Origin: Synechocystis sp. PCC 6803 substr. PCC-P
Lineage (GTDB): Bacteria; Cyanobacteriota; Cyanobacteriia; Cyanobacteriales; Microcystaceae
Assembly: GCF_000284455.1 (NCBI RefSeq)
Contig: NC_017039.1
Span: forward strand, 1,380,001-1,412,000
Reading direction: 5' to 3'
DNA: 32,000 bases
Shown here: piece by piece, positions 8,941 to 20,543 of the stretch
Numbering within the stretch: position 1 is the stretch's first letter
Layout: each line of letters begins with the position of its first letter
The notes under the pieces: generated by a model
Database searches by the model: none
What the model was told of the DNA's origin: nothing
What the model saw: the letters and a program-made list of their open reading frames with translations, nothing else
Program-made: the position numbers and the translations under genes

Positions 8941-9085
8941 ACCAAATATCAAGTCAATCTGCGGTTTTTCAAGCTCCCCTAGTCTCCTCAGTTCGGGAAG
9001 AAACTGGATAAAGATCCCCCGGTATTGGGAGATTTAGGGGGCAAATTAAAACTTGGCAAACAGGCTCTAGGAAAAGGCAATAGGT

Positions 9086-10072
9086 ATGGTGGAAGGTTTT
9101 TCACGTCGTTCAGAATTCACTCTGGCCCGGGGAGGGGATATTACCCAAGGGAATTCCCTCACCAATGGTTTGGACTGGGGCTTTAAACAGTTGACCCGTC
9201 TCTGTTCCCTCGGAGTAGTGGTGATTCTCGGCTGGATCGCCTGGGTGGTTTTTACCGATGCCCGACCGGCGATCGCCAAGTTTGGTTGGGAATTCATCGT
9301 CAGTCAACAATGGGACAGCAGTGGGCAACTGTTTGGCGGCTTACCCTATATTTTCGGCTCGGTGGTTAGTTCCTTCATCGCCCTAATTTTTGCCCTGCCC
9401 TTGGGGCTGGCCGTGGCGGTTATGACCAGCGAAAACCTTCTACCTGCTCCGGTGCGGGTGCCCATTGCCTTTCTGGTGGAACTGATTGCTTCCATTCCCA
9501 GCGTGATCATTGGTCTATGGGGCATTTTTGTCTTCATTCCAGTGTTAATGCCTGTGCAGGGGGCACTGTTTAAATATCTGGGTTGGTTACCAATTTTTGG
9601 TACGGAACCCTTTGGCCCCAGCATGCTGGTGGCGGGATTGGTGCTGACCGTGATGATTATTCCCACCATTGCTTCCATCAGCCGGGACATTTTACTCTCT
9701 GTTTCCCCCAGCCTCCGTAGCGCTTCCATGGCCCTGGGGGCAACCCGATGGGAAACTATCTGCTCGGTGATTTTGCCCTCTGCTAGTTCTGGCATTATTG
9801 GTGCCACTATTTTGGCCCTAGGTAGGGCCCTCGGAGAAACCATGGCAGTAACAATGGTGATCGGTAACTCAAATATTATCTCGGCTTCCCTACTGGCACC
9901 GGGATATACCATTCCCTCAGTGCTAGCTAACCAATTTGCCGAAGCAGTGGATGAGCTGCACATCGGCGCTTTGATGTATTTAGCTTTAATCCTTTTCGTT
10001 ATTACCCTCGGTATTAATAGTCTGGCGGTGTTGATGGTGGCAACCATTCGTCGTCAAGGGGAGAGCAATTAA
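9086..10072 (+). CDS. pstC: Phosphate ABC transporter permease PstC
   Basis: Polytopic ORF with PstC-like motifs (FGGLPYIFGSVVSS, GATRWETICSVILPSASSGIIGATILALGRALGETMAV). Confidence 0.95.
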   Translation: MVEGFSRRSEFTLARGGDITQGNSLTNGLDWGFKQLTRLCSLGVVVILGWIAWVVFTDARPAIAKFGWEFIVSQQWDSSGQLFGGLPYIFGSVVSSFIALIFALPLGLAVAVMTSENLLPAPVRVPIAFLVELIASIPSVIIGLWGIFVFIPVLMPVQGALFKYLGWLPIFGTEPFGPSMLVAGLVLTVMIIPTIASISRDILLSVSPSLRSASMALGATRWETICSVILPSASSGIIGATILALGRALGETMAVTMVIGNSNIISASLLAPGYTIPSVLANQFAEAVDELHIGALMYLALILFVITLGINSLAVLMVATIRRQGESN

Positions 10073-10076
10073 AGCG

Positions 10077-10949
10077 ATGAAAAGTTCTGCCCCTAGTAGT
10101 TTACTTGCGCCCCTATCCTTTTTCCGTAATGGTTTTGCCTGGGTGATGGGGGGGTTGTCCTTTACCCTCACCCTTGTGGCTCTGCTGCCTTTGTTGGCTA
10201 TCTTAGCTGCCATTATTCAACGAGGTTTGCCCACTCTTTCCTGGGAAGTGTTTATCCATCTACCAGCTCCAGTGGGGGTGGAAGGGGAACCCAACGGTTT
10301 TGCCAATGCCATTGTGGGTACTCTGACCATGGTCGGACTGGGCGCTCTTTTTAGTGTGCCCCTGGGGGTGATGACTGGGGTATTTTTGGCGGAGTTTGCG
10401 GCCGGCTCGGCGATCGCCAATGGGGTACGTTTTGTCACCGTGATTCTGAGCAGTGTGCCCTCGGTAATTGTGGGGGTATTTGCCTATGGAGTACTGGTTA
10501 TTACCACCAAGCAATTTTCGGCCTACGCCGGGGGTCTAGCTTTAGGGGTAATTATGACTCCCATTATTGCTTTGACTACAGAAGAAGCGCTGAAATTAGT
10601 GCCTCTCCATTACCGCCTGGGTTCCGCTGCCCTGGGGGCTAGTAAATGGGAAACCACAGTCAAAACGGTAATTCCCTGTGCCATTCCCGCCATTACCACT
10701 GGGGTATTGTTAGCAGTGGCGAGGGCCGCCGGGGAAACGGCTCCTTTGATGTTCACTGCGCTCTTCAGTCAATTCTGGCAAGAGGGGTTAATGGCCCCCA
10801 CCCCTTCCCTGCCCGTACTGATTTACAACTATGCCAGTTCTCCTTTTGAAGAACAGAACGCCATTGCCTGGACCGCTTCTCTTGTACTATTAATGCTGGT
10901 TTTGACCATTAATCTATCCTCCCGTCTGCTGATCCGTCGGCGTTTTTAG
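10077..10949 (+). CDS. pstA: Phosphate ABC transporter permease PstA
   Basis: Starts 5 bp after pstC; PstA-like GASKWETTVKTVIPCAIPAITTGVLLAVARAAGETAPLMFTA. Confidence 0.95.
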   Translation: MKSSAPSSLLAPLSFFRNGFAWVMGGLSFTLTLVALLPLLAILAAIIQRGLPTLSWEVFIHLPAPVGVEGEPNGFANAIVGTLTMVGLGALFSVPLGVMTGVFLAEFAAGSAIANGVRFVTVILSSVPSVIVGVFAYGVLVITTKQFSAYAGGLALGVIMTPIIALTTEEALKLVPLHYRLGSAALGASKWETTVKTVIPCAIPAITTGVLLAVARAAGETAPLMFTALFSQFWQEGLMAPTPSLPVLIYNYASSPFEEQNAIAWTASLVLLMLVLTINLSSRLLIRRRF

Positions 10950-11002
10950 CTCTGCCATCAATACCTAATCGTTAATTTTCCCGTTTTCTCCGTTTACCAG
11001 CT

Positions 11003-11818
11003 ATGACTAATTTGTCCGGTTCAATGCCCAGCTCCACAGCAGCGGATTTACAGCCTGCCCTCAGGGTTGAAGGTTTGGGATTTTATTACGGCACCAAAAA
11101 AGTGTTAGAGGGGGTAACCATGGCAATCCCCGTTGGTAAGGTCACTGCCATGATTGGCCCTTCTGGTTGTGGTAAATCAACTTTGCTCAAAGCTTTTAAC
11201 CGCATTGCCGAACTGGAGGGACGGGTGAAAGTAACCGGGAAAATCGAATTTTTCGGACAAAATATTTACGATCAAAAGGTCAATATTAATAGCCTGCGTC
11301 GGGAAATTGGCATGGTCTTTCAGCGCCCCAATCCTTTCCCCACCAGCATTTACGACAACATTGTCTATGGGGTTAAACTTTGTTGCAATGTGAGCCGGGC
11401 CGAATTGGATGAAATTGTCGAACGTTCCCTCACTAGGGCAGTGTTGTGGGATGAAGTCAAGGATAGTTTGAAAAAATCTGCTTTGGGTTTATCGGGGGGA
11501 CAACAGCAACGCCTATGTATTGCCAGGGCGTTAGCGGTCAATCCCAAGGTGTTGTTAATGGATGAACCCTGTTCTGCTCTCGATCCTATTTCTACTCTGA
11601 AAATTGAGGAATTAATCAATAGTCTGCGGGAAAATGTGACCATCACCATTGTGACCCACAATATGCAACAGGCCCTGAGGGTGTCTGACTACACAGCGTT
11701 TTTCAATACCGATGAAAGCCGTATCGGTCAGTTAGTAGAATTCGACACCACCCAGAATATTTTCTCTAGTCCCCAGGAAACCCAAACCAGGGATTATGTG
11801 GCTGGTCGCTTTGGCTAG
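11003..11818 (+). CDS. pstB: Phosphate ABC transporter ATP-binding protein
   Basis: Walker A GPSGCGKS, signature LSGGQQQRL, Walker B VLLMDEPCSALDP; FYYGTKKVLEGVTM and QRPNPFP-type PstB sequence. Confidence 0.95.
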   Translation: MTNLSGSMPSSTAADLQPALRVEGLGFYYGTKKVLEGVTMAIPVGKVTAMIGPSGCGKSTLLKAFNRIAELEGRVKVTGKIEFFGQNIYDQKVNINSLRREIGMVFQRPNPFPTSIYDNIVYGVKLCCNVSRAELDEIVERSLTRAVLWDEVKDSLKKSALGLSGGQQQRLCIARALAVNPKVLLMDEPCSALDPISTLKIEELINSLRENVTITIVTHNMQQALRVSDYTAFFNTDESRIGQLVEFDTTQNIFSSPQETQTRDYVAGRFG

Positions 11819-12001
11819 ATACTCCTGTTTATGGTGCCCTCCTTCATATAACGTTTGCTTGTATTACCTCTTAATTTTTACTTTAGAAACTAGTCTTCAG
11901 TAAGCATTCAATCTGCTCAATTTTGCCTGGGCTAAAACTGGCTCGCCACCTATTGCCATTCAGAAATCTGGTAAAATGGGTTGCCCAATGAAATTTGTAT
12001 G

Positions 12002-12514
12002 ATGAGCAAAGTTTTTTTTGATATTACCATCGGCAGCGATACCGCAGGTCGCATTGTGATGGAATTGTTTGACGAAGTTACCCCCAAAACCGCTGAAAAT
12101 TTCCGGGCCCTTTGCACTGGAGAAAAAGGTGTGGGTAAAGCTGGTAAACCCCTACACTTCAAAGGTTCCCATTTCCATCGAGTCATCACCGATTTCATGG
12201 CCCAAGGGGGAGATTTTACCCGGGGCAACGGTACCGGCGGTGAGTCTATTTATGGAGAAAAATTTGCCGATGAAAATTTCCAGTTAAAGCACGATCGCCC
12301 TGGGCTATTGTCCATGGCCAATGCCGGGCCCAATACCAACGGTTCCCAATTCTTCTTAACCTTTGTACCTTGCCCTTGGCTTGATGGTAAGCACGTCGTT
12401 TTTGGTGAAGTGGTGGAAGGTTTAGAAATTCTAGAGCAACTTGAAGCTAACGGTTCCCAAAGTGGTCAAACTAAACAGGCGATCGTTATCAGCGATTGTG
12501 GTGAAATTAAATAA
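12002..12514 (+). CDS. Cyclophilin-type peptidyl-prolyl cis-trans isomerase
   Basis: [43 protein letters not shown]...[23 protein letters not shown]...[17 protein letters not shown] begins 11981; ATG at 12002. Confidence 0.95.
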   Translation: MSKVFFDITIGSDTAGRIVMELFDEVTPKTAENFRALCTGEKGVGKAGKPLHFKGSHFHRVITDFMAQGGDFTRGNGTGGESIYGEKFADENFQLKHDRPGLLSMANAGPNTNGSQFFLTFVPCPWLDGKHVVFGEVVEGLEILEQLEANGSQSGQTKQAIVISDCGEIK

Positions 12515-12642
12515 GCCTGATTGACACTAGTGTGTATAGACTCTGTTAAAAACCTTGTTGGAAAAATAAAGTAAGACAGTCCCCTTGATTAGTTTTGAAT
12601 TGATAATCGAGGGGGTTTTTATTGGTCAAATTTGAGTGAAAA

Positions 12643-12933
12643 TCAATCAGCAAAACTATTAGCCTTGGTGGCAAACTTAACATCCAATTCTGTAATGCCG
12701 CCTGCATCATGGGTGGTTAAATCAATGGTGACCCGATTATATACATTGGACCATTCTGGATGATGGTTCAGGGTTTCCGCCACCAACGCTAACCGAGTCA
12801 TAAAACCGAAAGCTTGATTAAAATTGGCAAACTTAAATTGACGATGGAGTTTATTGCCCTGCAAGCTCCAACCGCCGAGTTCTCCCAGGGCAGTTTGGAT
12901 TTCTGGGTCAGTTAAACGTTGGGGGGTGGCCAT
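12643..12933 (-). CDS. Pterin-4a-carbinolamine dehydratase-like protein (PCD/DCoH)
   Basis: 96 aa with [40 protein letters not shown], the PCD EXXXHHPEW-type core. Confidence 0.9.
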   Translation of the reverse strand: MATPQRLTDPEIQTALGELGGWSLQGNKLHRQFKFANFNQAFGFMTRLALVAETLNHHPEWSNVYNRVTIDLTTHDAGGITELDVKFATKANSFAD

Positions 12934-12964
12934 GGTGCAATTTATCTAGATTTTTAACTATTGG

Positions 12965-14782
12965 TTAGGGATTGTTCCTGCCATCCGTTATATCATCTCC
13001 CAGAAAAAGATTGAAGGAAACCTGGGTTGGTTCGCCCACGTTGGTGGTTTCCTGCACCCGGCTATCGGGAATTTGCCAGTTATCACTCAAATAAGTTCTA
13101 ATCTGCTCTGTTTGGGAAAAAAGACTGGCGGGATTACTATCTGGAGGACGTTGAATGGTGAGTCGCAAATACAGAGAGGGATGGGACCGGAGAATTTGTC
13201 CCACATTGTCGAGTACTGCTTGATCTTGGTTGGAAAGATTCAGGGGAGCACTGGCGATCGCCGCAGTTTCATCGAGAACGGTGAGGGGAATAAGCCCTTG
13301 ATCTGTGGCGAGGCGTTGGTATTCCACCATGGCATCATTAACCTGTAACGATCGCCGAATTTGATTGGAAAGAATAACTTGGGCGTCCTCCTGTAAATCT
13401 CGATCACCAAGGTAGATGACCACTAACTTAAAAGCGGAATTATCGCTCCGGAGTACGACTTGATAATCCACCAATTGCAGGGCATCAGGAAGGCTCACCA
13501 GGGCGAGGGAACGACTAATTTCCCCCATCAATTCCCCCTGTAGGTCTGGCAAATAACTAACTTGGGTGATGACTGGAATAGATTCCGTGTTAACCGCTTG
13601 GCTGGTGGGAATTTGCACAAACCGCAAGGTAATGTCACTGGGGCTAAGGTCCAGGGCAGTGGCTAACTTGTCCACAAAGCGGTCTTCATCTTCCTGGCTG
13701 TAGAGCTTGTCGGTCACCACCTGGAGTTGTATCGATACTTGGTTGTTATCCCGTTTCGCTTTTACCTGGTCGATGTAGGAACGAAATTCATCATCGCCCC
13801 CGTCGAAATTATCCTGCCAGATCTGCTTAATGGTGGAATTAAGTTGGTTTTCTTCCCGTTGCTGGGTCACTTGGCGTCGCACCTGTTCCAGGGATTTGGT
13901 CAGAGGAAACGAAATGATCCCCAGGGTAACCAGGATCAAGAAAAAGCGACTGGGCAAACCTCCTACCCGTTGAAAAGTGGTGTAGGCCGGCAATCTTCTC
14001 AACCAAGAACTGACCACTTGGCTTTCAGCATTTTCTTGTTTCCATTCCCCAATGGCTTCCCGCACTGCCCGCACATCAAAGTGGACGAAAAAGAACACAA
14101 TCATGGCGGTGAAAATAATCGCCACTAGGTTGGTGATGAATAGCAGTCCTCCCCCCTTGGCCACGGTCAAACCCTGGGAAGAAGCCAAGCTGAAATAGAT
14201 ACCAATGCCGTAACCCACCACGCACAATGGCGGCATCAAGGCCACGGCGATCGCCACCCCTGGTAAAGAAGCCGCTACCCCCTTCGCTTGTTTGCAGGTA
14301 GCCACCGATCCCACCGCCCCGGAAAACAAAGCCACAATTAAATCCAAAAGGGTAGGATTGGTTCTAGCCAAAATTTCGGGGGTAATTTCCTTAAAAGGGA
14401 CTATGACCACCAGAATGGCTGCAAAAACGATGGCTAAACTACAGCTCAGTAATAAGTTAAACGCCGCCCGCAACCAGAGCACCACGTCTCCCGCCGCCAA
14501 ACCCATGCCATTGGCCAAAATTGGCCCCATCAAAGGGGAAATCAACATTGCTCCAATGATTACCGCTGGACTGTTCAGTACCAACCCCAGGGTGGCAATG
14601 CCCGCCGCAAACAAAACCTCAATCCAGTAGCTTATGTCCCTGAGGCTAACGGACTCACATAACTGGGTGTAGATTTGCACCTTATGTTCATCGGTCAAAT
14701 CTAAATTATTCGTAAAGCCACGGCGTAGACGCAGTAACATCAGCAGGGAAAAACGATGCCCGGAGGACTTGGACTTTGACAT
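12965..14782 (-). CDS. DUF389-family integral membrane protein with long C-terminal extension
   Basis: GLVLNSPAVIIGAMLISPLMGPILANGMGLA and GVAIAVALMPPLCVVGYGIG are DUF389-like; about 250 aa of soluble extension follow. Confidence 0.85.
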   Translation of the reverse strand: MSKSKSSGHRFSLLMLLRLRRGFTNNLDLTDEHKVQIYTQLCESVSLRDISYWIEVLFAAGIATLGLVLNSPAVIIGAMLISPLMGPILANGMGLAAGDVVLWLRAAFNLLLSCSLAIVFAAILVVIVPFKEITPEILARTNPTLLDLIVALFSGAVGSVATCKQAKGVAASLPGVAIAVALMPPLCVVGYGIGIYFSLASSQGLTVAKGGGLLFITNLVAIIFTAMIVFFFVHFDVRAVREAIGEWKQENAESQVVSSWLRRLPAYTTFQRVGGLPSRFFLILVTLGIISFPLTKSLEQVRRQVTQQREENQLNSTIKQIWQDNFDGGDDEFRSYIDQVKAKRDNNQVSIQLQVVTDKLYSQEDEDRFVDKLATALDLSPSDITLRFVQIPTSQAVNTESIPVITQVSYLPDLQGELMGEISRSLALVSLPDALQLVDYQVVLRSDNSAFKLVVIYLGDRDLQEDAQVILSNQIRRSLQVNDAMVEYQRLATDQGLIPLTVLDETAAIASAPLNLSNQDQAVLDNVGQILRSHPSLYLRLTIQRPPDSNPASLFSQTEQIRTYLSDNWQIPDSRVQETTNVGEPTQVSFNLFLGDDITDGRNNP

Positions 14783-14948
14783 AGGGGGGGATGGGATTAA
14801 TCGTCTCCATTGTGCTTGACCAATACTATACTCTGGGGAGAGTTTGCTGAATTATTGCCATCCACCTTTTCGGGGTTGGGCTATCCCAGGTTATATTGCC
14901 TTACATTATCCCCATATCATTCATTATTTCCCATCGAGCGAGTTGTTT

Positions 14949-15203
14949 ATGTTTGGCGTTCTGCTGTTCCTTATTTTCTTCTGTGCCGTCAGTCTAGCCT
15001 TTTTTGCCAACCGTAAATGGTGGATTCGTGTTTCCACCCAGTCTCCCCGCTGTACCTATTATTTTGGCCCCTTTACTTCCCAAGAAGAGGCGATCGCCCA
15101 CCACCAAGGTTATCTCCAGGATTTGGAGATGGAGGGAGCCCAGGGCATTGAATACAAAATAGAACGCTCCTATAAGCCAAGAAAATTAACCATCGAAGAC
15201 TGA
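14949..15203 (+). CDS. Small membrane-anchored protein, DUF1816-like
   Basis: MFGVLLFLIFFCAVSLAFFANRKWWIRVSTQSPRCTYYFGPFTSQEEAIAHHQGYLQDLEMEGAQGI. ORF begins 14844; ATG at 14949 is the likely start. Confidence 0.65.
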   Translation: MFGVLLFLIFFCAVSLAFFANRKWWIRVSTQSPRCTYYFGPFTSQEEAIAHHQGYLQDLEMEGAQGIEYKIERSYKPRKLTIED

Positions 15204-15337
15204 GAAAACCGCCAGCAATGGGGAAGCTTGTTGGCTAATTTCTCCCCAAAGCACAAATCCCCCAGTTATTTGGTTAACTAGGGGATCCAGCTTATCTTTA
15301 CAGCTAAAATTCTGAGCAACGAGATCTTACTAAAAAT

Positions 15338-16063
15338 TTAGTCTCGACCGTTGAGGGCAATCAGTAGACGCAGAATGAAGATAAACAGGTTGATATAGGT
15401 CAAATACATGGACAGGGATGCAGCCAAATATTGATCATCCCGGTAGGTGCGGGGGAGAACAAAAAAGTCCACCACCGACACGCCGGCAAATAGCAACACC
15501 CCGAAGCCAGAAATGGCCACTTCCAAAAAGGTAGGGGTAATGACCCCAAAAAAGCCGAGCACCACTTGGAGAAGCATCACCACCACTAGTCCAATCAAGG
15601 CTAAGCTGACGGTTTTGCTCAGGGCAATGCCATCTTCTTCCGATAAATTGGAGCCAATACTACGGGCCACCACAAAAGTTACACCACAGCCCAGGGCCGC
15701 CACACCAATGCCTTGGATACCCACTCCACTGGTTTGCAGGGCCAGGTAAATAATGCCACTCAGGGTATAACCAGATAGCAGACTATACAGGGTTAGCAAG
15801 GGCAAAGCCGTTGCGTTATTGCCACTTTGCGCCACCCGCATGGCGACAAAAAAGAGAATAAAATTACCGATTAAAGCGACCCAAAAGGTGGTCATGAATA
15901 GACCGGGATTGCCCTGCATGACGCTGAGACCACCAAAGGTTCCCGCCGCTGTCAGCACCAAGCCTCCGCCAAGATAGGGGAGGGCGTTTTTGATCACGTT
16001 TGGCCCGATCAGACTTTGGCCTTTTGCCTCCGCCATGATCTGACGAAAATTGCTGGTATTGCT
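15338..16063 (-). CDS. Bax inhibitor-1/YccA-like membrane protein
   Basis: Seven-helix-like hydrophobic protein with C-terminal YLAASLSMYLTYINLFIFILRLL typical of BI-1/YbhL. Start trimmed to MSNTSNFRQ. Confidence 0.8.
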   Translation of the reverse strand, partial: SNTSNFRQIMAEAKGQSLIGPNVIKNALPYLGGGLVLTAAGTFGGLSVMQGNPGLFMTTFWVALIGNFILFFVAMRVAQSGNNATALPLLTLYSLLSGYTLSGIIYLALQTSGVGIQGIGVAALGCGVTFVVARSIGSNLSEEDGIALSKTVSLALIGLVVVMLLQVVLGFFGVITPTFLEVAISGFGVLLFAGVSVVDFFVLPRTYRDDQYLAASLSMYLTYINLFIFILRLLIALNGRD

Positions 16064-16276
16064 CATAAAAAGTGGATTTTTGACTAGGATAATCACAGGG
16101 GGGAAATTATTTTTCCCTTACCTTTAATATACTATCGACAACCATGGCCTTGCTTTAAGTGCTGGTAAGTCCTTATAAGCCCTTATTTGTGGGCTATTTC
16201 TGCCCCTGGATCCCGCCGGCTGAGCTAAGCATGAACTGTGTATTGTTCCATTGTCAGACCAGGAGGCCTTAGTCCT

Positions 16277-16552
16277 ATGAATTATCGTGTTATTGTCTTG
16301 AGTGGGGTGATGACTGCCCTCCTCGGCACCGTGTTTGGTTGGGGCATGGGGCAGATTGCCCTGCGTCAACGGCCTAGCCAAGTACAGGTCACCATGAGTC
16401 AGCCCTATCGTACTTTCTATGGGCGGCGCTTAATCTGGTTCGGGGCGATCGCCGGCTTTGTGTTGGGGGCAGGACAGGCCTGTGTACTGGCGGAGAGGAA
16501 AAAGGAAAAAGAAGCCATGGAGAAAGCGGAAACTGAAGAAGACTATTCCTGA
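16277..16552 (+). CDS. Hypothetical two-helix membrane protein
   Basis: MNYRVIVLSGVMTALLGTVFGWGMGQIAL...RRLIWFGAIAGFVLGAGQACVLA. Start at the internal ATG 16277. Confidence 0.6.
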   Translation: MNYRVIVLSGVMTALLGTVFGWGMGQIALRQRPSQVQVTMSQPYRTFYGRRLIWFGAIAGFVLGAGQACVLAERKKEKEAMEKAETEEDYS

Positions 16553-16793
16553 TCCCCTGCCGCTGCAGTGACCTGGTTTTCCGTTACCGATGGAGGGAAT
16601 TTGGTTGCTATTTCTGGCGGTCCAAGGGACGCGAAAAAGTTCGCCGCCACTGTTTGCATCGCCGTGGCCTAAGGCGGTCAAATACTCCCATCCCCTGACC
16701 AGGCTAGTTTTCTCCCTTGGCGATCGCCCTGGTAGCATTTAATACAAATTGGCTATCTTGGCAAAGTCCCCCGAAATATTACGAAACGTAAAG

Positions 16794-16799
16794 TATAAT
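16794..16799 (+). promoter_or_regulatory. Candidate -10 box for crtP
   Basis: TATAAT 47 bp upstream of the crtP ATG; no strong -35 recognised. Confidence 0.35.
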
Positions 16800-16842
16800 A
16801 ACAATCAACCTGTAAACCCCAAATGCCTTAGCGAGACAGTAA

Positions 16843-18264
<1,422 letters not shown>

Positions 18265-18411
18265 GCCGCCTGGACTCCCTGGTAATCTTCCTGACAAATG
18301 GCAACCCTAATGCGACAATGCTAAATGGCTAACGGTCAAATTTCTCCCCAGCGTGCAGTTACCAAACCCCAATCCTGGTGGCTGACTTCCGAACCCCGTC
18401 CGTCCTTAATG

Positions 18412-19338
18412 TTACAACTGCCCAAACCGTCTCCATCTGCAAAGCCCTGTGCTTCTGTTGAGGAAGCTTACGAAATTTGTCGTCAAGTAACGGCCCAGTA
18501 CGCAAAAACTTTTTACCTGGGAACTTTGCTGATGCCCCCTGCCAAAAGGAGGGCCATTTGGGCGATCTATCTTTGGTGTCGTAGGACTGATGAACTAGTG
18601 GATGGGCCCCAGGCGGCCACCACCACCCCGGAAACTTTGGACCATTGGGAGCGGCGTTTAGAAGGGATTTTTGCTGGCCAACCCCAGGACGATGCCGATG
18701 TGGCCCTGGTGGATACCTTGGAAACATTTCCGCTCGATATTCAGCCCTTTCGGGACATGATAGCCGGTCAGCGGATGGACCTTTACCGTTCCCGTTACCA
18801 AACCTTTGAAGAACTAGACTTGTACTGTTATCGAGTGGCGGGCACCGTCGGTCTGATGTCCAGTGCTGTGTTGGGAGTCGATACGGGCAATGGCCAGGCC
18901 CCTTGGCAACCCGATGCCGTGTACATTCCCCAGGAAGAGGCGATCGCCTTGGGGGTGGCGAACCAATTGACCAATATTCTGCGGGACGTTGGGGAAGACG
19001 TGGAGCGGGGTCGAATTTATTTACCCCTGGAAGATTTAGAACGATTTAATTACAGCGAACAGGATTTACTCAATGGGGTAAACGATGATCGTTGGCGCAG
19101 TTTAATGAAGTTTGAAATTGACCGGGCCCGCCATTATTTTGAAGATGCGGAACGGGGTATTCGGGCTTTAAATCGGGATGCCCGTTGGCCGGTGTGGACA
19201 GCGTTGATGTTGTACAAAGGCATTTTGGATGTGATTGAGGCCAATAATTACAATGTGTTTAATCGTCGTGCCTATGTACCCACTCCGAAGAAATTACTAT
19301 ATTTACCCGTGGCCTGGTTGCGGGCCCAGGTGCTTTAA
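18412..19338 (+). CDS. crtB: Phytoene synthase
   Basis: FYLGTLLMPPAKRRAIWAIYLWCRRTDELVDGPQA and NQLTNILRDVGEDVERGRIYLPLEDLERF, including both DxxxD motifs. ORF begins 18325; MLQLPKPSPSAKP at 18412 is the likely start. Confidence 0.95.
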   Translation, partial: LQLPKPSPSAKPCASVEEAYEICRQVTAQYAKTFYLGTLLMPPAKRRAIWAIYLWCRRTDELVDGPQAATTTPETLDHWERRLEGIFAGQPQDDADVALVDTLETFPLDIQPFRDMIAGQRMDLYRSRYQTFEELDLYCYRVAGTVGLMSSAVLGVDTGNGQAPWQPDAVYIPQEEAIALGVANQLTNILRDVGEDVERGRIYLPLEDLERFNYSEQDLLNGVNDDRWRSLMKFEIDRARHYFEDAERGIRALNRDARWPVWTALMLYKGILDVIEANNYNVFNRRAYVPTPKKLLYLPVAWLRAQVL

Positions 19339-19514
19339 GGTTTTTTCCGACCACTGATCGATGGTTGATCTGATCCTGACTTCCCGCTGAAAAAAAGCCC
19401 CCAACCGTTGTAGGCTAAGGACTCACTTTATGAAGGGTTCAAACTATCAGTGTAGCGAACAAAGGCGATCGCCCCGATGTTTCCCCTTAGGTGAAGAGAA
19501 ATCACAAAGTTTGT

Positions 19515-19928
19515 TCAAAACTGGGACAGTTGCCGCAACTGCCAAAGGATGGACAGCAGTGCCCCCACCACTAAAATCATGGAACTAAGGGAACCAAGGG
19601 CAAAACCTACCATTCTTTTCTCCGCCGCTTGGTAATAGCCCCAGGCGTAAAGAATGCGCCCCAGTAACCAGACGGCCCCCAAAATGGCAGCAATGGTTGG
19701 ATCTCGGTAAATGGCAAATAGCCATAGCCCCGGCAGAAAAAAGGCTAACTGCTCCAGGGTGTTGTACTGTACCCTCAGCACCCGCTCAAAGTCTTCATTG
19801 CCGGTGGTGGCCGGTGGCATCACCCCATATTTAGCCCGAGCCCGCCCCACATTAATCACCAGCACCAGGTAAAGCATCGTCGCCAAAGCAGTGATCAAAG
19901 CTGGCCAGAGTAACTCGGTTTTTGTCAT
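19515..19928 (-). CDS. MAPEG-family membrane protein (microsomal glutathione S-transferase-like)
   Basis: ENFERVLRVQYNTLEQLAFFLPGLWLFA-type core seen as NEDFERVLRVQYNTLEQLAFFLPGLWLFAIY, with YAWGYYQAAEKR. Confidence 0.9.
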   Translation of the reverse strand: MTKTELLWPALITALATMLYLVLVINVGRARAKYGVMPPATTGNEDFERVLRVQYNTLEQLAFFLPGLWLFAIYRDPTIAAILGAVWLLGRILYAWGYYQAAEKRMVGFALGSLSSMILVVGALLSILWQLRQLSQF

Positions 19929-20085
19929 CGGTCATGGTGAAAGAAAGTATATTTTCAGACTAGCCCAAAAAGTTACTCTGCCTCCAAATCATTAATATTG
20001 CTCGGACTAATCGCTATACTTACGGTCAGGGTATTACCCAACTTTTTATTTTTCTCAGTCAAGTTCCTTTTGTATTTTTTATCCC

Positions 20086-20388
20086 ATGCAGCTAAGCCCC
20101 CAGGAAAAAGATAAATTGTTGATTTTTACCGCCAGCCTAGTGGCAGAACGCCGTAAGGCCCGAGGGCTCAAACTCAACTATCCCGAAGCCGTGGCCTATA
20201 TTTCCGCCGCTATCCTGGAAGGGGCCAGGGATGGTCGTACCGTAGCCGAGTTGATGAACTATGGCGCTACCCTATTGAGTCGGGACGAAGTCATGGAAGG
20301 GGTGCCGGAAATGTTACCGGAGGTACAGGTGGAAGCAACTTTTCCCGATGGCACTAAACTGGTGACGGTCCACGAACCCATTCGCTAG
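20086..20388 (+). CDS. ureA: Urease gamma subunit
   Basis: 100 aa: [57 protein letters not shown]...[31 protein letters not shown]-type UreA. Confidence 0.96.
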   Translation: MQLSPQEKDKLLIFTASLVAERRKARGLKLNYPEAVAYISAAILEGARDGRTVAELMNYGATLLSRDEVMEGVPEMLPEVQVEATFPDGTKLVTVHEPIR

Positions 20389-20472
20389 TAATGAGCTGGC
20401 CGGTCAGGGCGGACTGTTTTTTACCGTTAAACCCCAGGCCTGTTGACCGTAGAAAAAATTCATTGTCTAGGG

Positions 20473-20502
20473 TTGACAGTGATCAATCTTTATCGCTATA
20501 TT
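20473..20502 (+). promoter_or_regulatory. Sigma70-type promoter for the tRNA-Glu gene
   Basis: TTGACA at 20473-20478, 18-bp spacer, TATATT at 20497-20502, about 42 bp before the tRNA. Confidence 0.6.
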
Positions 20503-20543
20503 TAAAAACGTCTGAAATAACGAACTGTTATCGAGACTGCCTA

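Noticed and set aside
8338-8952. 204-aa minus-strand ORF
   Set aside because: Fully antisense to pstS, whose motifs are clear; long antisense frames are common in GC-balanced genes.
9346-10047. 233-aa minus-strand ORF
   Set aside because: Mirror frame of pstC with low-complexity composition.
11365-11661. 98-aa minus-strand ORF
   Set aside because: Antisense to the pstB ABC signature region; not a real gene.
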